Shown in pieces: positions 24,999 to 36,111 of a stretch of DNA of 64,000 bases (position 1 is the first letter of the stretch; each line of letters opens with the position of its first letter). This DNA comes from Chrysemys picta bellii. Taxonomy: Eukaryota. Under the pieces are notes generated by a model. It searched no databases and was not told the DNA's origin. It saw only the letters and a list, made by a program, of their open reading frames with translations. Where the stretch lies: NCBI RefSeq assembly GCF_011386835.1, contig NC_088809.1, positions 9,672,001 to 9,736,000 on the forward strand. Direction: 5' to 3'. Position numbers and translations under genes: made by a program.

Positions 24999-25143
24999 CT
25001 GGCGGAGTTGTTAAAATGGTATGCGGTGACCTTCAAAGATCCCATGATGCTGGAGCCCCCTCCATGGTTTAAGTCGTTTATATGTTGTGAAGCCGCCTTA
25101 CAACTGCCTTTCTTTCCCTTTGCAGCCTATGCATTCTTAAAAG
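24999..25143 (+). CDS. TMEM97: TMEM97 coding exon 2 ([24 protein letters not shown]...QLPFFP..YAFLK)
   Basis: TTTTTCCTTAAG acceptor, G/GTGGGT donor; 145 nt; conserved KDP, WFKSF and E..QLPFFP motifs. Confidence 0.96.
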
Positions 25144-25977
25144 GTGGGTACAGAAGGAATGAAAGAATATTGGGCATGCGGTCGTCTTGCAGATAGTCAT
25201 TTTAGGTGGTACAGAAAGATTGTTCTGTACACTTAAGCCATTACAAATACATCAAGTGGGGGGGGGGGGGGGATTCCTGTTTTTTCACTAGGAATTTTGC
25301 CTCCGTTAGGAGTGTAGAATAGAGCCTGTAGGAAAATAATGAAAATAAAAACAGGAAAAATTATTCTTTCGCTGATGCTTGTCAAGCCTGGCACAATACA
25401 CTTCATTCCCACAACAGAGACCTTTATCTTAAACCAAAAATCCTAGGTTTCTAGGTAATAGGGCCCAGTGGGGAGAGAACAGCCCTGTTAGGACGTGGGG
25501 CGTTTATTCCAGGTTCTCCCACAGACTTCTTATATGACCTTGGACGAATCACTTAACCTCTGTAAAATGGGTATAATGATACTCGGCATCTACACGATAC
25601 CTGGTGGTCGACCTAAGAATATAATTCTTGAATTAAGTCTGTGTGTCTATTTTTTTGAAGATGAAAATATTTGATCAGCTTGCTTTGAAGAGAGGTCCCA
25701 GGAATCCTATTTGCATCCTGTCTTTCTAAGCTTCCAGTTGGCACGCCTTGTGTTGCCACTCTTCCACCTAATAAAAACAGATTAGTTTTCCTGCTTCCAT
25801 ATACTACTTGTAATTGAGGCTTGTGCAGTCTGGGTTAATTTTCTGCTAATACCTAACTCTCTCATAGCAGCTTAGATCTGAATATGCGTTCACCCTCTTT
25901 AATGTATTTATCCTAAGGCTATTGAATGCTGCCCTCTTATTTCAAACAAATGTTATACTTTTCTGCCTCGAATACAG

Positions 25978-26228
25978 GTGGCTGCAAATGGATACGGACT
26001 CCAGCAATGATCTACTCCAGTCACGTAGCTACAACTGTATTTCCTATCCTTGCACACATCCTGTTTCACGATTTCTCAGCGTCCAAGCATCAGGGTCCCG
26101 AGACGCAGCAGGAACGCCTTACTCTGTTATTCTTCTATGCGCCGTATTTGCTGATTCCCATTCTGCTCCTGTTTACCATGTTGTACAGCCCCCAATACAA
26201 CCAGGTGGAGAAAAGGAAAAAGAAATAA
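25978..26228 (+). CDS. TMEM97: TMEM97 coding exon 3, ends ...EKRKKK*
   Basis: TACAG acceptor; [21 protein letters not shown] motifs; C-terminal dilysine-type ER signal; 123+145+251=519 nt gives 172 aa. Confidence 0.96.
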
Positions 26229-28826
26229 TGGTGAATGGAAACAGCCTAAATATCTATCCCCATCTGTTCTCTGAATCTACTCCGTCCAGGTCCTGGGGGA
26301 TAAGTGTCCGTCTAGTGCAGTCTGCTGCCCCAATTCCCACTAGTATGAGTCCCAAATAGAAGACTTGAATTGGCTGTAAGTCACTGCTCTTCCCAAAACA
26401 AGTAGCAATTCCCCCTGCTGTACCTGTTGCTGTGGCTAGAGGGACCTAACTTCTCTGGTGCTGGCAAACTCGTGTTTTTCATCAGTGCGAACAAAACAAA
26501 CATGTCAAGCCTTTGACGTACAATACTGAAAATAGAGCATTGCACTTACGTTCTGTCTCCCTTTCAGCTGCTCTCCTTCCAAAAAGACCATGGTAAATAC
26601 ACCTGTGTGAGAAACCGTGGATCCCCCGTCTGTTTAAAAATAAGACATGCTGGAGGCTGCATAATTGCACAGTGTTATGACTTAATTAACTACAAGCAGC
26701 TGGGGAGTAGAGCGAGGCTGTGAGGGAGGAAGTGTTATTCTGTATCATTTTTATTAGAAGTAAAAACAGGGTCTGGTTCTGGCCCCAGATACATATGCAC
26801 AATCCCATTGGCTTAGGTGTTGCTGGGGGCAGAACCTGGCCCATTAAAGTTAAGAGTCTTACTGAATATTTGCTAATGCAGCCAAGTCACGTAGTTGTGT
26901 AAGTCTTAAGATTTCATAACTCTGAACTTGTGGGCCAAAACTCTAGCCATTGCATTATATATTTTTGATCTTGTGCCTGGACACGCCTGCCAGGCTGCAT
27001 CCAAGCCTCTGCATCCACCCCCTTATATACCATTGCCTAACCATCTGGAAGTACAGTATGATCCTTTTTTAAAGATTCTGCTTGTCCCAGCTCCATTTTT
27101 GATTATGAACTGGAATCACGGGCTAGAGTATATTTCAAGACCTGCCTCTGAAGTGGATTTCTGAATGCTAAAATGTAACCTACTTTGATATGTGTCTGCT
27201 TTTTGTATAGCACCTTTCTTCCCAACGGGTCCTAAAGTCTTTTCCTAATTGTGTATGAGCAGGGATCTTTTCACCCATTTCTGACCTGCAGCATACCTCC
27301 CAGCAGTCCTGGGTTTCGTGGGGCTATCCTACTTTGACCCTAAGCCCGTCTCAGTTGAAGTGAACATTTCCCATGTTCAGGACTGCCTCGGGAGAGGGAG
27401 TTTGCCCTGGGTCCCCTGTTTGAGAGGGCCCCCAAACCTAGTGGTGGTGTGACCTGGTGCATGGCATTGAAGCACAACTTAGGTTTGCCTGCCCACCCCT
27501 TCATTTCCAGCTACAGAGGGGCAGATGGGCCAAACCTGAGTGGCGCTACGCCCTCCTTTTAGCCACTTGAAATGTTGAGATAAGCTGCAGCCACACCTGG
27601 GATGAAATGTACAAATGCATTCCAGTTCGACATAGAATGGCAAGCGGTCTGATCTTCTGTTCCAAATCTCTTCTAAAAGGTTGAGCATTAACCTCTAAAT
27701 TGCAGTAACATCCATTGTTTATGATGTCAAGGACTATTCTGTCATTGAAAGTATGTTGGAATCCTTATCCGTGTGCCGTGGTCTAAATTACAAAGGCCAG
27801 CAGTTTCATGTTGCCTACAGTTAGGTGTACAACTCCACATATAAGCACTTTATAAGCACCCTGACTTTTATTTCAGGTGCTGACCACCTGCAATTTCTGT
27901 TAACCTTAATGGGATTTGTGGGTGCTCAGCTCTTCTGGAAATCAGGTCATTCATACTCAGATATCTAAATGTGGATTTTGGAACCTAACTTTAAACATTC
28001 ATTGTTTAAATCCGTTTACAGTTAACATCTGCTCATGCCACAAAGACTTCAGGATGGTCTGTCTTATTAATTGGCAGCTTAGGTCACTGTTAAAAATTCC
28101 CAAGAAACTGCTGAGAGTCTGTGAGTCTCAGGCATAATCTGTCTTGAATTCTGCTGTATGTTTTCCAATTTTGGATTGTCATTTGTGGGTTCTGTTAGTC
28201 ACAAACTTGTGTATTTTTTTTTTTAACTGGGTGGCAATTCTCTTCTGATCAGTCCAAATAAAAACAGGCTGTTGGTGCTTCTTAATAATGTTGTGTTTTG
28301 TGTCTGTGTAGACATGAAAAGCTGCATTCGGTAAACTATTAAAGTGACAATCCAGTGAACTAGTTAAATCGAAGGAAAATAGTCTCTTAATTATCTAAAT
28401 AACATGAGCAGCTGATTCTGGTCAAAAAAACTGAAAATAAAGCAACTTCTAAAAAGAATAATTTATTTCCTGATTTCCCAAAGTATTGTAAACTTAAGAA
28501 AAAAAAAAAAAGGGTGGGGAGGATCCATGTAATATAACAGTAGTGTCCATTCAAAGATTAAATGAAATCAAACTACGGGGACCATACAGATTTTTTTAAA
28601 AACAAGAGACAGGTTAGAACTCTTCTTATTTACACATCCCTGGAAAACCCCTCCTTTTTGCCATTTTAATGTAAGTTCACATAGTGTTAAACTGTTTGGG
28701 TTTTTTTTGCCTTTACACATACTGCTTTGCTCACTGGTACACAATATAAAACTGCATATTTTAGAATCCTCAGGATACTGGAAAGGTACAAGTTTGCCCA
28801 GTCAGCGGATGTTGGTCTTAAATCCT

Positions 28827-28908
28827 TTATTTCTGAAAAATGAATTGGTCAATGAATTCGTTCTGGTCAGCTTCTATTTTACACAGGGTCTCGTACTCCA
28901 CTCGGTAT
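28827..28908 (-). CDS. IFT20: IFT20 last coding exon ([27 protein letters not shown])
   Basis: Minus-strand AG at 28909-28910, TAA at 28827-28829; matches the IFT20 C-terminus. Confidence 0.96.
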
Positions 28909-29098
28909 CTGGAAGAGAGAGAGAATGGTTACAACCTGTACTTAGAGTTTAAATACTGGAACTGAATTTCTAGTCCACAAAACCAGTGATATTAATAAAG
29001 TTAGTCACGTTTGTTCTGTTACTATCTATTCTTTCAAAATACTAAACCAAACTCCTGGAAAACTATCGTTCTTGGCTTCATGTAACAGCTTAGCTTAC

Positions 29099-29202
29099 CT
29101 TTCCAACTGCATTTTCTTCTCGGTTATTAAAGCCTGAAGCTGCTGCTGCTGCGCTTCTCTTTGCTTCGCTATAGACTTTAGCAAGTTTCGGGCACCAATT
29201 GC
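29099..29202 (-). CDS. IFT20: IFT20 coding exon ([34 protein letters not shown])
   Basis: TAG acceptor, AG/GTAAG donor, 104 nt; coiled-coil segment. Confidence 0.97.
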
Positions 29203-30134
29203 CTATGGAAACAAGACTGGGTTTTAGTAATAGAGCTGTATCATTGTTTACTACTGTCATTTCTAGCCAGTCAACTTTCCAGGTAGTTTTAATAATTAGA
29301 CTTCAAGGAAGATAACATCTTCGTAGCGTTTCCCTTCAAATATTCACTACTCTGACTGACCCAGGTTAGTAACCTGCGCAAGACCAAAGGCAAAGCCAGG
29401 TCTAGAAATATTACTTGACCACTGGATGATTGGGGCAAGGAAGGGACAGGTAAGCTCAGAACTGACCATTAGTTCTGAACTTTTTCCAATATAAATAAGT
29501 TTGTGGGAGTTTTTTTTTTAAACACACTAAATGTCCAAGCTTGTTTCTAGACTGACCTATAAAACACAGATCTTAGTGGCATGTATTTCTACACGTGCAT
29601 CAACAAGAACATTCACAAAAGTAGCTAGCAAGAGGTGTATAAATAAAAGCTCTTTGTTTTCTAATCAACCGCTTCCTTCCGCCAGGTATATTTGGTGATA
29701 GCACTGCCCATTGCGACACATCAAGAGTTGACGCTTAATGTCCCAAGCACTCAATTTTGGCCCTATTGAATGAACTGGTGGAAGGAAAATACTGATTAGA
29801 AAGAAGGAATCTGCTATTTACATGCAAACATAATTGATAAGCTGTAGGGCTGGGAAAAAACAAGCACCTGGAATGACATGACACTTCAATGAGCTTGCGT
29901 GTTTGTGTGCTACTGGCTAGCATTAGTCCTTTAAACCCTTGGTAACGAACAACTATGATGTTAATCCAAAGACAGGTGTTACCGCTCTACCACCTAAAAG
30001 ATCCCTAAAACAATCTGTATCATACCGATTGAATAAATAGCTAGATTGCTTAGATTGTACAGTAGGTAGGGCAGGGGCTGTCTGTGTATTGTACAGGACA
30101 GTACTTCATGGGCCAATAATTCAATGTACGGTAC

Positions 30135-30220
30135 CTTCATCTTCTCATTTTCAGCTGCTTTTGCTAGTTGATCAACAAGTTCTATTAAGCTACCCACTAT
30201 TTTCTGAAACTCGGCAATTT
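30135..30220 (-). CDS. IFT20: IFT20 coding exon ([29 protein letters not shown])
   Basis: CAG acceptor, AAG/GTAC donor, 86 nt, frame-consistent. Confidence 0.97.
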
Positions 30221-31057
30221 CTGCAAAGGAAAAAATGGTGGCGTTTAAGCTAAAAGTATTCATCAAAATGACACATACCTTTTTCTACAGCATTTGAGTG
30301 CTTTTTAACCTGGATTTCTTAATGTTTTATATTCTTAACCATTTTGAAATTGATTGTATCAGGCATACGTTTAGTTTAAGCTCTTCATTGCTACTAAACT
30401 TAAGATGGAGAAGAGGAAAATATAACGAAAGGCCGTTAAGCACTGATGAGGTTGAGTTCTTGTATCCTATTAGGACATCTAATCTTAGTTTGACTTCCCT
30501 ATATTCTTCTTGATTCAGATCTAAATTTAAAAAGAGATGTCCATACAAGGATAGGTGCCCTAACATACCATAAAATCCCAGCAGCAAAAATAATCATTGC
30601 AAATAGAAACTCAACCAGCCACCTACCAAGAAACCCTCTTTTCCTGTATCGGAAAAATTATTATAGATGATGGAGACAGGAATGTGTTACAGTAACAGCA
30701 CATTTCAGTATCAAATTCTCTGCCTTCGTTAGCCTATTACCAATAAGCATAGGTCAGACACTAAAATTCACAAAAAATGTTGCTCTAAAACTGTAATAGG
30801 TTTTTTCACCCTGTTAATGAAACTGTGTTGGCTGATAGAAGACAACGCAACAGTGTCTGCACAGTAGACTCACTGCCTGTACTGACTTGTCAGCTTCAGA
30901 AAACGTTTGTAAAATGTGTAAAGGTTGCGTATGGGGGAAAATATCAATATTATCAGGTGTTTCATATATAGGGTTTATTGTGGGAAGCAGTTTGGCAGGC
31001 AGAAACTCAGCTCCAGGTCTGGTTTTCTCTACAGGAAACTACTGCTAAAGAGCATTG

Positions 31058-31108
31058 ATAGAATCATAGGTTTGGAAGGGACCTCGAGAGGTCATCTAGT
31101 CCAGTCGT
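31058..31108 (-). mobile_element. CR1 3' tail remnant
   Basis: Reverse complement GACTGGACTAGATGACCTCTCGAGGTCCCTTCCAAACCTATGATTCTA. Confidence 0.75.
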
Positions 31109-31512
31109 CTGATGTTACGGCTGTAACTGATGTGAAAAGCCAGAAGGAACAAGCTAATCTAAGCTACAGCTTAACATTATCAATGAACAAAAAGACTTCT
31201 AAAAACAAAAGCAAACCCTTGGCTTAGACTCTGTGAATGCATCCTTTCTTCTTTCCACTGCTCTTACTCTTTATTGGGTGCTCTTTTCAAGCAATCTGAT
31301 GACAAAATTAATTGAAGCGAGGTAGGGACGTACGTATGGTTTTGTTTCAAAATTCCATCTGTGAATGGTAACTAGTTCCAGTTTTGTCATTAGAGGGACT
31401 CCTTTTAAAGATGGTAAAAGGCCAGCCAGCAGCAAAAGCAGTATTTAGACCTGATGTTTAGTATTGCTGAGAGCTTGACCTAGGCAGAACCAATAAAAAG
31501 GAAAGAACTTAC

Positions 31513-31639
31513 TGTCCACAAAAGCTTTGCATTCTTCTTTGAGTTCAAGTGTTTGCTGTGCAACCTCAGGGTCCAAAATTCGTAGTTTATTCAGCTCATC
31601 AAAGTGAAGACTTGCATCTCCTAGAATGCCTTTGGCCAT
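31513..31639 (-). CDS. IFT20: IFT20 first coding exon ([26 protein letters not shown]...CKAFVD)
   Basis: ATG at 31639-31637 just after an ACAG acceptor (exon starts 31641); A/GTAAGT donor; 127+86+104+82=399 nt gives 132 aa. Confidence 0.97.
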
Positions 31640-33072
31640 CTCTGTCTCACTTCAGGATACAACGTAGAATAAGCTGATTGCACTAAACGTATAAAGGGGG
31701 AAAAAAGTGAACAGCATGCAAAGACGAGCATTAAATTCACAGCAGCTACCCATGGAAACGATTCAGGGGATTGGGGCAAGAGAGGTAAGTGAGGACACAC
31801 ATCTATTATATGATTCAAGATGTCCCTTAGAACTACCCAAACAAGTGCAGCAGTTACTAATCCCGGTCCGGCCCCCCCTTGGACTGGCTGAACCACAACT
31901 TATTATTTGTAACACTTAAACAAGAGTCTGTTTAAAAAAAAAAAAGTTACTTTCAGTCCTAAGATTCTCAGCCACTTTCAACTGATACTCAGAGACCCCA
32001 GCGTGAGACAGAACCTTAAAACCACAAAATTGTATAGGTCCATCCCCATGCCCAGGAAGAATGACAGTAAGATACTCTTCACTTGAGCCCTAGGAGCTGG
32101 TGGTTTACAGGGGAAAGTGGGGAAGCTGGACCATGATGTAATGAGAAACATCTGCCTGAGCCCTGGCTCTATAAATTATGCATGCCCAAAGCTGCTGCTC
32201 TCCCCGGAGTGGGAGTTTGAGCCAGGCCAACCATCAGCACTTCATCTGTCCTTGTGCCACCTTGTGAAAAGAAGCTGATAGACCAAGGACTGACTGTCTC
32301 TCTAGGACATGTGTGAGATGAATTGATCCCTACATGGCAGAGGTGGTGATGCTGAGCAGAACCTGGTACCTTTAGGAGCAGAGGAGGTGTCACAAGTTTA
32401 CAGAGCAAGGCCAGGAAATGTTCCTGACTGTAAAGCTGTAACTGAGAGCCTGGAGGGGGAGTGTGCCCCCAGGCAGACCTTCACCTCACTTTCTAACTGC
32501 CTCCACCTGTCAACTCACCTCTAGGCTTCCTTCTTAGGGGGCAGACCTCCTGCCCCAACATTAGATTTTCCATGGAGGGTTGGGAATCTTGAAGAAAACA
32601 TCAGAGGCAGCTCTCCGCCCTTCCCTCCACCAGTGAATTTCTGCAGTTCTCCCACCCTTGGTAGCAATGATGGTCAGGCTCGTGTCAATCCTGTGATGAT
32701 GTGTTCACTGCATTGCATAGGGTTGAGATGGCAGGGTGGGGACTGACCGTCCCAGCCCAAGTTTAAGAGCAGCAATAGGAGAATTGCAGAAAAGCCTTGG
32801 GGTAGATGCAGCCCAGGTGGGCCGCCTCCCACCCTGCTCCCCCAACCCCAGCTCCTCAGTGAGCAGAACGGGGGGTCGGGGGGAAGTGGCCTGGAAGGTG
32901 GAGCAGGGCATCAGGACTCCTGGCTTCTATCCCCGGCTCCGCCAATGACCGGCTGCCTGACCGCTGCCAAGTCCCTGGAGCCGTGCCTCAGTTTCCCCTC
33001 TGTATCTGGGGAGGAAGCTGCTTCCCCACCGACCCGGGGCTGGCTGGGGAGGCCGGGTGAGTGCTGGGGGGG

Positions 33073-33462
33073 GCAAGGCCAGCCTGCTCCCCACCCTGGC
33101 TCTGTGGGTGGGTGTGGGGAGGGCAAGGCCAGCCTGCTCCCCACCCTGGCTCTGTGGGTGGGTGTGGGGAGGGCAAGGCCAGCCTGCCCCCCACCCTGGC
33201 TCTGTGTGTATGGGGGGGGGGCAAGGCCAGCCTGCCCCCCACCCTGGCTCTGTGTGTATGGGGGGGGGGCAAGGCCAGCCTGCCCCCCACTCTGGCTCTG
33301 TGTGTATGGGGGGGGGGGGCAAGGCCAGCCTGCCCCCCACCCTGGCTCTGTGTGTATGGGGGGGGCAAGGCCAGCCTGCCCCCCACCCTGGCTCTGTGTG
33401 TAGGGGGGGGGCAAGGCCAGCCTGCCCCCCACCCTGGCTCTGTGGGTGGGTGTGGGGGGGGG
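33073..33462. repeat. Minisatellite, 8 units of 46-50 bp (GCAAGGCCAGCCTGCYCCCCACYCTGGCTCTGTG...GGGG)
   Basis: Unit starts at 33073, 33123, 33173, 33221, 33269, 33319, 33365, 33411. Confidence 0.97.
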
Positions 33463-33550
33463 CTGTGGAGCGTCCTAACCCGGTGGAAGTAGAACCCAGG
33501 CGTCCGGGAACCAACCCCCCCCCCCCCTGTGCCCCGCGGCTGGTATTTAC

Positions 33551-33650
33551 CTGCCAGATTCCTGCGCTCGCGCCGCGCGCCCCCCTCCCGCCACTGCGGG
33601 CTCTGGCTGCCACGGCGACAGCCCGGGTATCACCCCCGCCCCCATGGAAC
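33551..33650 (-). other. IFT20: Probable IFT20 non-coding exon 1 (TSS boundary approximate)
   Basis: CAG/GTAAAT donor on the minus strand at 33551/33550 inside the CpG island; the first coding exon starts at an acceptor, so an upstream exon is required. Confidence 0.55.
33606..33619 (-). promoter_or_regulatory. Candidate RFX X-box (GTCGCCGTGGCAGC)
   Basis: 11/14 match to GTTGCCATGGCAAC, at the 5' end of a ciliary IFT gene. Confidence 0.4.
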
Positions 33651-33677
33651 GTACCATTAACGGGGGGGGGGGCTCGG

Positions 33678-33697
33678 TGCATCCTGGGAGCTGTAGT
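33678..33697 (-). promoter_or_regulatory. ZNF143/THAP11-type SBS motif (ACTACAGCTCCCAGGATGCA)
   Basis: Matches the ACTACAnnTCCCAGnATGC consensus, next to the presumed IFT20 TSS. Confidence 0.75.
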
Positions 33698-34162
33698 CCC
33701 AACAGGGGGACAGCACATGGCACGGGGCGGGGGGAGGCGCTGCAGCCGGGAGGTTTGTGGTGCTCAGCCCGGGGGCTCATCCTGCACCAGGCACTGCCCG
33801 TCTCGCCCCTGCCCCACCCAGCCCAGCTGCCCGCGGGCCAGCGCTCCGGAGCGAGCCCCGTGCGTCGGGACGTTGTTCCGTGACGGGTTACACCCCCCCG
33901 CCCCGAGTGGGCAGCACCTCCCCCTCCCCCAAAGGGGCGGCTCCAGGCAGCCCAGGGAAGAAATGGGAGGCGCCCCTCGGCATGCTGGGAGCGGGGGTCA
34001 GTACAAGGGGCTGCCGCTGCTGTATCCTGGGCTGTGTGCAGCCCCCCGAGCCCCTCACCCGGACACGTCCCATTCTCAACGCACTTTGCAACCATTGGCC
34101 AAGCCTGGGGAGCGGTGTCCGGGTGGGGCGGGACCACCGGCGCCACCGGGCTCGGGGGGCGT

Positions 34163-34396
34163 TGCATGCTGGGGTCTGTAAATCATTAAGTTAAGACATA
34201 GTGGCCCAGTTGCATGCTGGGGGCTGTAGTCTTTAAGGGCAGGCGGTCCCGGTGCATGCTGGGGGCTGTAGTCCTTAGAGGATGGTGGCCCGGTGCATGC
34301 TGGGGGCTATAGTCCCTAGGCGACGGTGGCCCGTTGCATGCTGGGGGCTGTAGTCTTTAAGGGCAGGCGGTCCCGGTGCATGCTGGCGCCCGTAGT
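34163..34396 (-). promoter_or_regulatory. Tandem array of six ZNF143/SBS-type motifs (ACTACAGCCCCCAGCATGCA variants)
   Basis: Plus-strand TGCATGCTGG..TAGT copies start at 34163, 34211, 34253, 34294, 34335, 34377. Confidence 0.75.
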
Positions 34397-34399
34397 CCC

Positions 34400-34594
34400 A
34401 GCTGCAGGGAGCGGTCCCGGGCCGCGGGTCCCGGCTGTGGGGGCGGGAGGAGCTCGGCCCAGCCCAGGCCGGGGAAGCTGCGGTTGGAGGCGGTGCCCTG
34501 AGCAGGGCTGAGATTTGGGCCTGGGGCCTCCTGGAGCGGTGTCTGTGAGGCAGCGTCGCTGGCAGCCCCCAGAGCGCGACGGTCCCACGGCCGG
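34400..34594 (+). other. TNFAIP1: Probable TNFAIP1 non-coding exon 1 (5' end approximate)
   Basis: Strong CGG/GTAAGT donor at 34594/34595 in the CpG island; the first coding exon starts at an acceptor at 41137. Confidence 0.65.
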
Positions 34595-34611
34595 GTAAGT
34601 ACCCCCGGGGG

Positions 34612-35917
34612 GAGCCGGGTAAATGCCCTGGGGCTGGGGGCGCGAGGGGGGGGGGGGCGAGGAGCCGGGTCAATGCCCTGGGGGCGCGGGGGGGGCGAGG
34701 AGCCGGGTCAATGCCCTGGGGGCGCGGGGGGGGGGCGAGGAGCCGGGTCAATGCCCTGGGGGCGCGGGGGGGGGGGGGGGGGCGAGGAGCCGGGTCAATG
34801 CCCTGGGGGCGCGGGGGGGGGGGGGGGCGAGGAGCCGGGTCAATGCCCTGGGGGCGCGGGGGGGGGGCGAGGAGCCGGGTCAATGCCCTGGGGCTGGGGG
34901 GGGGGGCGAGGAGCCGGGTCAATGCCCTGGGGCTGGGGGGGGGGAGCGAGGAGTCGGGTAAATGCCCTGGGGCTGGGGGCGTGGGGGGGGAGCGAGGAGT
35001 CGGGTAAATGCCCTGGGGCCGCGGGGGGGGGGGGAGCGAGGAGCCGGGTCAATGCCCTGGGGCTGGGGGGGGGGGGGAGCGAGGAGCCGGGTCAATGCCC
35101 TGGGGCTGGGGAGGGGGGAAGCGAGGAGCCGGGTCAATGCCCTGGGGCCGCGGGGGGGGGGGGAGCGAGGAGCCGGGTAAATTCCCTGGGGCTAGGGCGG
35201 GGGGAGCGAGCGAGGAGCCGGGTAAATGCCCTGGGGCTGGGGGGGGGGAGCGAGGAGCTGGGTAAATGCCCTGGGGCTAGGGGCGCGGGGGAGCGAGGAG
35301 CTGGGTAAATTCCCTGGGGCTAGGGCGGGGGGAGCGAGCGAGGAGCTGGGTAAATGCCCTGGGGCTGGGGGGGGGGGAGCGAGGAGCTGGGTAAATGCCC
35401 TGGGGCTGGGGGGGGGGGAGCGAGGAGCTGGGTAAATGCCCTGGGGCTGGGGCGGGGGGAGCGAGCGAGGAGCCGGGTAAATGCCCTGGGGCTGGGGGGG
35501 GGGAGCGAGGAGCTGGGTAAATGCCCTGGGGCTGGGGGCGCGGGGGAGCGAGGAGCCGGGTCAATGCCCGGGGGCTGGGGGGGGGGAGCGAGGAGCCGGG
35601 TCAATGCCCTGGGGCTGGGGGGAGTGAGGAGCCGGGTAAATTCCCTGGGGCTAGGGCGGGGGGAGTGAGCGAGGAGCCGGGTAAATGCCCTGGGGATGGG
35701 GGGGGGGAGCGAGGAGCCGGATAAATGCCCTGGGGCTAGGGGCGCGGGGGGGGGGGAGCGAGGAGCCGGGTAAATGCCCTGGGGCTGGGGGTGCGGGGTG
35801 GGGGGGAAGCGAGGAGCCGGGTAAATGCCCTGGGGCTGGGGGTGCGGGGTGGGGGGGAAGCGAGGAGCCGGGTAAATGCCCTGGGGCTAGGGCGGGGGGA
35901 GCGAGCGAGGAGCCGGG
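34612..35917. repeat. G-rich minisatellite, about 30 units of approx. 36-58 bp (GAGGAGCCGGGT[A/C]AATGCCCTGGGG...Gn)
   Basis: Counted 30 complete units plus one split unit; variable poly-G spacers; it explains the many low-complexity ORFs in the track. Confidence 0.97.
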
Positions 35918-36111
35918 GGGAGGGATAGCTCAGTGGTTTGAGCATTGGCCTGCTAAACCCAGGGTTGTGAGTTCAATCCTTGAGGGGGCCACTTAGGGAT
36001 CTGGGGCAAAATCAGTACTTGGTCCTGCTAGTGAAGGCAGGGGGCTGGACTCGATGACCTTTCAAGGTCCCTTCCAGTTCTAGGAGATGGGATATCTCCA
36101 TTAATTTAATT
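35918..36111 (+). mobile_element. Tortoise polIII-type tRNA-derived SINE with CR1-like 3' tail
   Basis: A box TAGCTCAGTGG, B box GTTCAATCC, then GGGCTGGACTCGATGACCTTTCAAGGTCCCTTCCAGTTCTA (CR1 3' end) and an AT-rich terminus. Confidence 0.9.

Noticed and set aside
33073-35917. CRISPR-like repeat/spacer appearance of the tandem arrays
   Set aside because: Eukaryotic DNA; the spacers are variants of one poly-G sequence rather than unique, and there are no cas genes.
35918-35992. tRNA gene
   Set aside because: It has A/B boxes but continues into a CR1-like tail and lacks a clean cloverleaf acceptor end, so it is a SINE head.
32900-35996. Many long overlapping ORFs (up to 374 aa) rich in G/P/A/R
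   Set aside because: They are translations of the CpG island and minisatellites; low complexity, periodic, no domain signature.
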